This document shows, one piece after another, positions 11,794 through 21,247 of a stretch of DNA of 35,507 nucleotides. The DNA lies in the NCBI GenBank assembly GCA_000934665.2, contig JYFJ02004022.1, forward strand, positions 1 to 35,507. Direction: 5' to 3'. The notes beneath the pieces were generated by a model, which was not told where the DNA came from, ran no database searches, and saw nothing but the letters and a program-made list of their open reading frames with translations. The translations under genes and the position numbers were made by a program. Origin of the DNA: Catajapyx aquilonaris. Its lineage: Eukaryota. Positions within the stretch are counted from its first letter, which is position 1, and the number at the start of each line of letters is the position of its first letter.

Positions 11794-12366
11794 AGACCCC
11801 GACAAAGAAATCCTAGATCACCGATCATTAAGGTCATGATGGAATCTATGGTGAGCAATAATTATTATTGCACAAAATTAATTGTAGTTTTTATGCCACT
11901 GTACCAGTTGAATAATATGTTAAAATGACGCATGCAGTGTTATCCCGATCACCTATTCCGCGTAAGGATGAGCAGCGAGATGGGGCCACTGATGGAGGCC
12001 TACTGCCAGAGAGTGGTGAGGTTTCAAAAATTAATGTGCTTTGGTGTGTGCCCTAGTTGCAGTTGATGAAAACCCTGTCACTCTGTCATTTAGGGTGCCC
12101 AGCCACTGTCCACGAGGTTCCTGCTTGATGGAGTACGGATTTATGCGAATGATACACCCCAGAAGGTGAGGCAATCTCTTCATTAATAAGCATGAAAGGG
12201 GGTCATTGGAACGGTGGTTCATTGTGATAAGGCTTGACATTATTGTGGTGGCCTGTGAACCGTCTTTTAAGGCCTGACCATTGCCGTTATCTTTTTTAAG
12301 CTGGAGATGGAGGACGATGCTGTCATCGAGGTTTATCAGGAGCAGATTTGAGGAGCCTGTGTTTAA
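11794..12366 (+). pseudogene. SUMO: Divergent SUMO1-like gene with intact exon structure but TGA in place of the first Gly of the di-glycine motif (pseudogene or non-conjugatable paralog)
   Basis: Exons 11794-11850 (RPRQRNPRSPIIKVMMESM), 11938-12015 (CYPDHLFRVRMSSEMGPLMEAYCQRV), 12094-12165 (GAQPLSTRFLLDGVRIYANDTPQK) and 12301-12366 (LEMEDDAVIEVYQEQI*GACV*). All introns are GT..AG, phase 0. Matches the SUMO1 motifs HFxVxM..YCQR, RFLFDG.RI...TP and LEME..DVIEVYQEQTGG. The first coding exon is uncertain (candidate ATG 11694-11708). Confidence 0.88.
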
Positions 12367-12899
12367 AATTGTGACATGTGATCCATCCCAACTTTGGACA
12401 CTATGAAGAAGATACATCGCCATCTATACATCCCCCATACTCCTCCCCTGCTCCCCCCGCCTTTTTTTTTGTTCTTCGTGGTCCCCCACAGTTCATATTG
12501 TTTGCATTCCCTGCCTTATTTAAATACGTTGAGCAGTGTTGGATTTTTAAAACGGTCTCTACAGCTCTTTCGCTTTGCCTGTGGTCATTAAGTAGTAAGG
12601 TTTCAATTCTCAAAGATACAGGCAAGTGGCAAGTGTAATTTTAATCCAGTCATGTATTTGTTGTTATCCCTCCCTCCCTACCACCACAAAGACAATGATC
12701 ACGCCAATCCCACCCGACACAGTTGGGTAAATAATTTTATATTTATTGTTTGTGAGTAAAGACACATCTTGCAAGTCCTGCATTTTTATTTCCTTCCCAT
12801 TCGAGGATTTACAGGCTTGACTGCAATAATATGTACAGCACAATGAAGACTCTACATACCAGTCACTTTTTTATTATCTCGTCCTTTCGTAAGGGTTAA

Positions 12900-13928
12900 G
12901 GTGGAAATGAAGCGACTTGCTAATCAAATGAGAGTCTAGAATTGGAATGTTAATAAGAAGGGCTAAAATCAGGGAAACATACGCAACCGATGCAGCAGCA
13001 AATGCTGTTCAATCCTATGCATTCCATTCGAATCTGCGTTTTAAACTCGATTTAATATGGGCCCATTACCGGCGGCAAGTTTTTGTGCGCAGGCGCAATT
13101 TTCACGACTGCCAACTTAAACATGGTATTTGGAGGTGTGCTTAATATTTTTTTTATTTTTGATGGAAATCGATTTTATTCGATCGTAATTACGAGGTCCC
13201 AATTTGTCAAGGCATTTTTAAAAGTTTAGTTCCGAAAGGGGAGCCTGTAGGTCTTCATTTGTGTCGGATTTGGAACACGTTCAGTTGGTACGCGTGTGAC
13301 AGATAGAAGCGGCAACACAGCAAAGGTCCGGGCCAATTATCGCGTAGCAGTATGTGACGTCATTGCCGGGTGGATTCGAATCATTCGATTATTATATGAT
13401 ACTTATAACTGTATAAACTAATATAACGGTTCTGACGTCTGACAAACACCCCCGCCAAACGAAAATCCTGTGTGAGCCATTGTAAAAACCATCATACTAA
13501 CTTGCACTCATATTTCGCGGTCGTATGCAACCGTATCTCGCTACCGTAAACAACGCTGTGTTGCCACTGCCTCACTCGAGTGGAGCAATGTGACGTCACT
13601 GGATCATTTTCGGATCGTTTTTCAGCAATACAAATTGAAAGAGCACGGTGAGGTAGGTTTTTCTTTTTGCGGTTGCGATCAGTATATAATTCCCGACATA
13701 TTCCACATTTAATTTTAAAATTCTCATTTACTTATGATTTTTTTGAGGACTATTGAAAATTCTGCCATAAGGGCCCATGTTAAATCGCGAACTTCTGAGC
13801 CCTCCAGTTCGCTAATTTGCACGGTGACGTGTATTTTTCTTTGCGCCATTGATAAGAGGACACAAAACTGCGTAACATATGTTTTTTTCATAAAATTCTC
13901 ATTAAGTGACTCTAGCTTCATTTCCACC
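12900..13928. mobile_element. Kolobok-type non-autonomous DNA transposon (1029 bp)
   Basis: TTAA|GGTGGAAATGAAGC ... GCTTCATTTCCACC|TTAA: a 14-bp TIR, TTAA TSD at 12896-12899 and 13929-13932, and RR..YY termini. Confidence 0.85.
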
Positions 13929-14068
13929 TTAAAGAATACTGATTTTTATTTATTTATTATTTTTACATGATGACAAAATGTGGTTAACAACCCAGTTTGT
14001 CCATTATTTTCCCCATTAAAAAAAAAGAAACCCAAGCATTTCTCTTCAGTCAGAAATGCAGCACAAAC

Positions 14069-14106
14069 CAGCAGCAGCAGCAACAACAACAACAACAACA
14101 ACAACA
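14069..14106. repeat. (CAG)n(CAA)n compound microsatellite
   Basis: Seen directly. Confidence 0.9.
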
Positions 14107-14385
14107 CACGAAAAAACAGCCTTAAATATGTCATTATTTTCATGGCCCACACAAGTTTAAGTCTACCAAGCCAAAATTATTCAATAAGCAGTTTGCATAA
14201 AAACCAACAACATAGGTACAACTGAACCATAAAATCTCTGGGACTTATATGACAACAATAAAATAATATAACTATAATAAAAAATAACAGGTGATGTATA
14301 GGACCAGGGTGAAACAAAAAGAAACACCTGTAACAAGAAGATAAGACCTGTAAAGGGGATTCTGTGAGACTCAAAAAGGTCTGTA

Positions 14386-14598
14386 TAGATCGGTCAACGT
14401 AAGAACGTAACCGAGTGTGCATCGCCGTGGTGCACAGGATGCATTACTGGAATCAGAAGTGATCTGTATGGCCATGCCAGTGTCAGAAATAAGTGTAACC
14501 CACAACATATCATATCGTGCTTACCCACAAATCACTTCTCATTCCAGGATTGCATCTTGTGCGCCTCACTCTGTTGAGTTATGATGTTGACCTATCTA
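14386..14598. mobile_element. Degenerate fold-back MITE
   Basis: tagatcggtcaac...gcacaggatgcattactggaatcagaagtgat pairs imperfectly with atcacttctcattccaggattgcatcttgtgc...gttgacctatcta. Confidence 0.65.
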
Positions 14599-15170
14599 GA
14601 GTTGATAATAATAAATGTGCCACTGACTTCGTTAAAAACAAAATAAAGAACTAACATGGTTAGCAAGTATTGGCTTTTTTTTTATACTTCTAAAGAAACT
14701 GATACGTATAATTGAGCAACAAGGGCAACAGAAAAACAAAGCAAGGCATCACTTGACTTTTGCCTTATTGCGTTTATCATTTCTTCTTTTTTGCCACAAG
14801 TGAAATTTATTTGCATCACAATTAGCGATGGACAGTCTTGGCAAGTCACCTTGAGATTTATTCACAGCATAAAACCGAAAAGAGTCAGGTTACACCCACA
14901 AGTAAATTAAGGTTGCCAAGCCTGTGTTGCATGGGGAGGGGGAAACAAAATTCACTTCAAACTTCACAAGCCTTTTCCCAGTGTCATTATTCTCTAAGCT
15001 GTTCCAGCCCAAATCTAAACAGTCCATGATAAGAGTTGGAGGGTTGTAGTCGAAAAATAATACCATTCCACACGAACGGAAAAATAACCTGAGAAATTTC
15101 AATCGAAGATTTGGGAGAGGATGGGGGCGAAGTGTGGGCTGCAACTTGGAGGGTAAAGGTTCGAAACAAA

Positions 15171-15491
15171 TCTTCTATATAAATAAAGCAGTTTGTGAGT
15201 CTGTCTGTCTGTCTCTCTGTCTGTCTGTCCGCCTTCCAACCGTCATTTGCGTGCCATCTGTGCTCCACCCCCAGGCCGGGAAAGGATTGAAGTGTTGGGG
15301 GTTGACTACAGATGGCAGGCAAATGACGGTTGCCGTTATTACAAGCGGGAGAGGTTGAAGGTGTTGTAGTAGCAGGACCACAGATGGCATTGGTGGCCGG
15401 ACACACAGAAAGACAGACAGTTGACGGGGGTACTGGCAGGTGTTTTCCCTTCATTCATTTCTTCCCGGGCAACCCCGGGTGCCGCAGCTAG
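15171..15491 (+). mobile_element. Non-autonomous Helitron (321 bp)
   Basis: A|TCTTCTATATAAATAAA 5' end, a (CTGT)n tract, an internal inverted repeat (about 15237-15332), a 3' GC hairpin CCCGGGCAACCCCGGG and terminal CTAG|T. Inserted between A and T with no TSD, as expected for Helitrons. Confidence 0.85.
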
Positions 15492-15586
15492 TCATTAATA
15501 ATAACAGAGCTATACGAGGGGGGTTCATTAAAGTACAACAGTGAAAGGAAACCAAAAGGGAAAGAGAAGTGCAACACGATATTTCT

Positions 15587-15943
15587 CCATGGAAATTTAT
15601 GAATATTTTCATGTTCCTGAGGTCATTCGTAACTCATGATGACCATTCATTTTGTCTTTGATTTGTTTTTGACCTCGGGGAAGTAAAAAAAAAACAAAAT
15701 TCTCAAATATAGCAGTTTTTACCAATCAAGTGGGCCTAAATGTTGCTAAACTATCTCGGATTCTTCTGAAAATTATCGCAGCTATATGCCGTAATATTGC
15801 ATATCAAGTTTCAGCCAAATTGCGGAATACCGTGGGGAGGGAAAAAATCGCGAAGACTCGAGGTCAAAAACAAATCGAAGACAAAATCCATTATGAATTA
15901 CTTGTGACCTAAGGAACACGAATATGGCGATGAATTTCCATGG
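15587..15943. mobile_element. Degenerate fold-back element with ~90-bp arms
   Basis: ccatggaaatt...tttgtctttgatttgtttttgacctcg pairs with cgaggtcaaaaacaaatcgaagacaaaa...aatttccatgg. Confidence 0.7.
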
Positions 15944-16211
15944 GCAAAAAAAGTCAAAGCTGCTCAAACAGGTGCGCTGCGGTCTAAACTGCTATTCCTG
16001 TAGATATACATAGAGGACAGGGGTTTGAGTCCAGCCGAGATGAGTATCCTTTTGTCTGGGTGACTAATTGATCCGTGATTCTTAATTAGGGGTAATTAAA
16101 AGTATTATTAGTGTTAATTAATGCTAATGAGTTTAATGAGAGGGGTTAATCAGCCCACTTTATACTGTATACTCATGTCGTTCAAAAAATAATGGCCCTC
16201 ATAATTATATA

Positions 16212-16409
16212 AGGTGAAGTGGGGTAAGTGCATATATGGGGCCGCCATATTGGAATGAAAGTGGCTAACGACACCAAAACGCGTCACGCACTCTTTTGTG
16301 TAGATGCACATAACATCCCCCGCGTTTTGGTGTCGTCAGCCATTTTCATTCCAATATGGCGGCCCCATGTATGCACTTACCCCGTGTGTGCACTTACCCC
16401 ACTTCACCT
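16212..16409. mobile_element. Tc1/mariner-pogo-type MITE (198 bp)
   Basis: TA|AGGTGAAGTGGGGTAAGTGCA ... TGCACTTACCCCACTTCACCT|TA. Inner arms (atggggccgccatattggaatgaaa.. / ..tttcattccaatatggcggccccat) also pair, and the right arm carries a short duplication of tgcacttacccc. Confidence 0.9.
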
Positions 16410-16699
16410 TATACCATTATCATAACAATATAAATTAATAAAATAATTATTGACCTTCTGTGGCCGTTTCAAATGCGAAAAATGACAAATTCTCGACACT
16501 CGAGCCAAGGTTTTCACTTCTCAGAGAACATGCTGTATAATTAAACTGAGTTTCACTTTTTCACCTATTATTATTTTATTTTATTTTATTTTACCCCGTC
16601 GAGAGATCAGCGCTCTATTAGGGGGGTGGAACACCACCATATTTTCCATTTTATTGGTTTTTTCTTCATACTCCGGTGCATGGGAATCAGGGAAATTGG

Positions 16700-16914
16700 G
16701 GAAGGATATGAATTTTTGGGAATGGGACACGGGTGCAAGTGCGATGTCTCAAACTGGGCCATGTGCAGTCCCCCAGGAGGTTAGGTTGCCAGACACCTCC
16801 TTGGTGCAGGCCAGAGACCCTCCTGACGCAGCCGAAAGGGAAATCCCGGGCGGGGATCGAACCCGGGACCTTTCGATCAGCAAGCCGAGCCGTTACCAGC
16901 TCAGCCACCAGACC
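16700..16914 (-). mobile_element. tRNA-derived SINE
   Basis: On the minus strand: A box TGGCTGAGCTGG (16896-16907) and B box GGTTCGATCCC (16853-16863) at tRNA-like spacing, followed by a non-tRNA body. The 3' boundary is approximate. Confidence 0.75.
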
Positions 16915-17018
16915 TTCCCTCATCTATTATTATCAGGAGCAACGTCCAATAAAAATTATTGTGCCCCACTGAAATATCGATCCTGAAAGAGATCGTTTAA
17001 AAATCTTAATTGACTTAA

Positions 17019-17411
17019 AGGTGGGATAAAGGTCCCGGCGCTTATTATGGAGGTTGACATGTTAAATGTCGGGCGTAAGAACTCCGTAATTACTGAACAG
17101 AATGACATGAAATTTTTGACACAACACGACACAACAACCCTTGTCACGGCTATGTTGAGCGAAACCTGTTTTAGGGATTCAGTTAATTATGAAAACCACG
17201 AAACTGAGAGTAATTTGAAGGCATGTGAGGAAATAATGTCCTGTGAAGAATAAGGACCTAATGAGCAAAATCGCTCAACATAACCGTGACAAGGGTTGTT
17301 GTGTCGTGTTGTGCCAAAAATTTCATGTCATTTTGTTCAGTAATTACGGAGTTATTAGGCCCGACATTTAACATGTCAACCTCCATAAGCTCAGGGACCT
17401 TTATCCCACCC
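17019..17411. mobile_element. Kolobok-type MITE (393 bp) with ~140-bp inverted arms
   Basis: TTAA|AGGTGGGATAAAGGTCCC ... GGGACCTTTATCCCACCC|TTAA, with TSD at 17015-17018 and 17412-17415. Confidence 0.9.
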
Positions 17412-17626
17412 TTAAGCATTGTGCTGTATGTGCCGTACGGCTCAGTTCGTACTTTCCGAGGGTCAGGTCAGTTTCTGATAAATTACCCCGTCCTTTAAAA
17501 AATCACGGATCTTTATTATTACTGCCACGATAAAATAATAATTAAATTTTTTCTGGATCCTGATCAGAGTTGATATTACAATTATTATGCCCGGACACAC
17601 CTATATTTTTTTAAAAAAACTAGTAA

Positions 17627-17705
17627 GTGACTAGGCCGGGATTTGAACCCCCGCCCTCCCGCTTGGTTGGCCAGTCTGTGGCTTGGCCACTAGACCACCC
17701 TCTCA
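17627..17705 (-). other. tRNA-like sequence (SINE head or tRNA pseudogene)
   Basis: The minus strand has an A box TGGTCTAGTGG and a B box GGTTCAAATCC, but the acceptor and anticodon stems do not pair properly. Confidence 0.55.
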
Positions 17706-18257
17706 TTCATACGGTTAGTGAATACATCAGCTGCGAAATGCTACGTAGTATGCGACGTGCGGCCAACAGGTGGTCCACGGGTCCACAAACTGATCATCAA
17801 ATTTTTGAAAGTTCATTGATACTGATATTGTTTCCACCAATCTCAAAGGTGTAATTATATTGATATATCAACGATAAATAACAATGATCAATTATTACTT
17901 GCTCTGGATTTACTATTGATCATGCAATACGCCTTAAATATAGGTCATTCCATATTATCTTTCAATAAGTGGCTGCTTATCTCCAGCAGTGGCTCAGTTA
18001 ATGCAGTCAATGCAACAGGGATTTCTCCTCTTGTACAGTTGTACCCCCTGATTATTTACCGAGTATGTTATGCACAACTCAGCATTTGGTAAGTATGCAC
18101 ACCTTGCACGTTGCCACCCATTAGTCCCACGTTGCAACCCATTAGATCCGTGTTTGCCCACTACAGTTAATCTCCTGCAGTTTTTCATAGCTATAGTGCT
18201 CTACTGCTCGTGGAATAACTACTATTTTCGTGTAAGTTAACCATGTTCTGAATATAT

Positions 18258-18343
18258 TATGAACGGGTAAGTGGAAAAATTATAATATTCAATATTGAAT
18301 ATTCTATATGGAATGTTATGCTTTTCCCAATTACCCGTTCATA
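18258..18343. repeat. ~86-bp imperfect palindrome
   Basis: tatgaacgggtaagtggaaaaattataatattcaatattgaat | attctatatggaatgttatgcttttcccaattacccgttcata. Confidence 0.8.
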
Positions 18344-18442
18344 TGTACAATGTGTTCCAATTATATGGGTCGCTTTTTCGCTAGAAGCTGTTAGTTTGTT
18401 TATGTAGCCTTTTGCGCCACGATCTGTGATGTGCCCTATTAT

Positions 18443-19337
18443 CCTCCTGAGACCTGAGAAGAATTTTTTAACGCAATGTCAGTTCCTATTGCATTTTCTG
18501 AACATGTTCCCAATAAGAAACAAGAAAAAAAATTTAGTTTTAAAATATCGACAAAAATGGCGACAAACAGCCAATGAGAACATTAGGACCCAATTGTGCT
18601 ACAAAAGCAGAACGGATGAAAGCTGAAAATTGAAATACCACTTAATGGATCACTCACATAGTGCTCTATCCTCCAAACAATGTTTGTAAAATTAATTTGT
18701 GGAATTAGTGGTAGCAATTCCTCTCAGAAGACAATTAAAGATAAATGAAATCATTTTTGAACGCCACCACTCCAGGCATGGGGCTTGCTCCTTCCCTTCT
18801 TACCCGCTAAAGTGGTACCTTGCTATTCTAGATTTTAAAACTGAACAGCATAGTGCAAAGCCCACTTCCTTATGGGTGTATAGGTACAGGCACGTAAAGA
18901 AAAGTCACACCCATTCGGCTAAAAATGCCATTTTTCGGATGTCCATTTAAATGGACATTTTGTCTCAGGAAGAAAAAAAAATTACCAGTTCTCTACAGCA
19001 ACAAAGATTGTCACATAATCATCTTTTCGCAGTTCCTAAGACACATTCCTTGCGAATCCCAGGACATTCACTGCATTGCGAAAATCGCATTCTAAATATG
19101 AGTAAAAAAATAAAACTTATCAGATGAGCGCCTAAGCTTCAGCAGCGGAATCCGCCATTTTGTCCGCGATTTAATTTTCGCGGCCCAAGCCAGATATTCG
19201 ACGCTAGGTGGCTACAGCTATTGAGGCCAGATTGTAACCATGGGATACCAGCCTATTACAGTTCTGTTGGCATCACTGGTTGGCTCCAAAAAATATTTTG
19301 CTGATGTCGACATATGTCGACACCAGGTCTCAGGAGG
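18443..19337. mobile_element. piggyBac-like non-autonomous element (895 bp) with a TTAT target duplication
   Basis: TTAT|CCTCCTGAGACCTG ... CAGGTCTCAGGAGG|TTAT: a 14-bp perfect TIR, CC..GG termini and an identical 4-bp direct repeat at 18439-18442 and 19338-19341. Confidence 0.8.
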
Positions 19338-19356
19338 TTATATAGCAACTGTTATA

Positions 19357-19460
19357 CAGGGTGTCTAAACTTTTTTGTCCGATCAGTTATCGGAAAAGCC
19401 TCTGTATCTTCTAACTATGTAGCCAGAATATGCCCCAACATTTCTGGCACATCCCTCAAC
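19357..19460. mobile_element. Truncated mariner-type MITE end
   Basis: TA|CAGGGTGT terminus like the element at 10644. No partner end was found and the extent is approximate. Confidence 0.4.
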
Positions 19461-20285
19461 TGTTGATGCAAACCAAGGTGTTAACAATAATTTCACTTTC
19501 ACATTGCAGCCTGATTACAGCTGCAAGTGATGAATGTAATATTTTTTTTCATGTGGAAGTATTGCGCATTGCACTAGTTACATCGTGCACATCTAATTAC
19601 ACGAGTTGTATATACAGTATACAGACCTTGTCAAAACTTATTGTCGTCAGCAAAAATCAGCAGTGTACTATACAGATGTGTGGATGTGTGGCTCTTTATG
19701 ATTGCGCTGACAAGTGAGTCACATAATTATGACGTGACAAAATTTATCAACACGTATGGTTTCCTCTGGGCAGTCTTTAACTTATATAGCACATGAGCCG
19801 TGTCCTATTTCGCAATTAGAATGCCAATTTTCAGAGTGACCTTCGCAAAAGATGACATTTACTTGTGCGCCTATAGATAAAAATGGACAAGTCCGACGGA
19901 CACTTTCAGTTCTGTAGTGTCATTTTGTCAAGACGTTTCACTAGGTGAAAGTGAAATCGAAGATATGGCAATATTACAGCCAAAAGTCATGATGAGTGGG
20001 ATCGTGAATACGATGCTTTACAACGCTTGTAATTGACGGTAGTTGTGTCCATTTGTGAACACACCTTAACTGCTATGAATGTTAAAGGCAACTTTTTATT
20101 GTAAGCATTTTGCACCTGGTATTGGGCAAATATTTTACACAAACTGACTGACACATGTAATTGGCGTGCGTACATAGTGCCGTGGTCAGTATTGCAGTAA
20201 TAGACACACGAAGACTCAGGTGGATGCCCCATGCATCCAACTCTTGAAGGTGAAATGGGCACAGCTGCATCCGACCTACATGGCT

Positions 20286-20286
<1 letters not shown>

Positions 20287-20362
<76 letters not shown>

Positions 20363-20387
20363 TATAATAATTATAATAATAATAATA
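20287..20387. repeat. (AAT)n microsatellite, ~100 bp
   Basis: Seen directly; it produces the spurious poly-I and poly-N ORFs. Confidence 0.98.
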
Positions 20388-21247
20388 GCTGCATACTCAG
20401 TACTAGGCGAGACAAAACTCACACTTGATTTTTTTTTAAAATATTTTAATTACAAAATCATTCCAAGCATTCCGGGATTATTTATATTGAACGTTTTAGA
20501 TATTGATTTGGAGAGTTAAGGTCAAGATGTGCACATTAGTATGAAAAGCAGGGCGATAATAATACCTACTGTCTTGATTACCAGGCAATTTGTGAATGGC
20601 CACCTGATAACCCAGATGTTAGAGGTCAGGGTCAAGGTCCGCAGAGATTAGGGTCTGGAAGTTTAAGCATGTTAATTGACACACATGGGCTGCAGCATTT
20701 TTTGAACAATAAAACACCTTAATTTCAATTTTTGCCAGTAATATTCCGGTAATTAGAACTACTGTAGTTAAGAGTGACACCACTAATGCAAGACTTTACA
20801 TAGCAAGATCTTGATGTTTTAATAATAGTTGCGATCGATATATTTTTAAATTGTGGTTTTAGTGCCACCTTGCCTTCTAGAAAGCTGCGTCAAATGCTAA
20901 CCACAAATTAAATCGCCATAATATGGCAATTATTTTCATTAAATGGTTCACATATGAGCTCCGGCAACTTGTCCAATTATCCCGTTTTACAATAATCGAT
21001 GCATAACACATATTAGAAGTAGTGTAAAATGCCTTCACTCCTCCGGAGCAATCGTAGAATATCCTGAGAGATATTTCAACACCTAACCCCCGTATGCATA
21101 TACCCATCATGCATTTCTCCCAGAGGTGATAAAAGCGAGATGCACACAAAGCTCTGCCTTCATTCCAGCTGGCTCTTAGGTGGAAGTTTTATCTTTACCC
21201 AGTGATGCGGGTGTAATGGTCTTAATTTAACGTAATCCACCGGTATA

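Noticed and set aside
12366..12900. SECIS element supporting selenocysteine at the SUMO TGA
   Set aside because: The ATGA occurrences I checked lack a correctly spaced apical AA and a pairing GA quartet; not supported by eye, and SECISearch would be decisive.
17627..17705. Functional tRNA gene
   Set aside because: A and B boxes are present but the acceptor and anticodon stems do not pair.
20220..20519. Poly-Ile and poly-Asn ORFs
   Set aside because: They are translations of the (AAT)n microsatellite.
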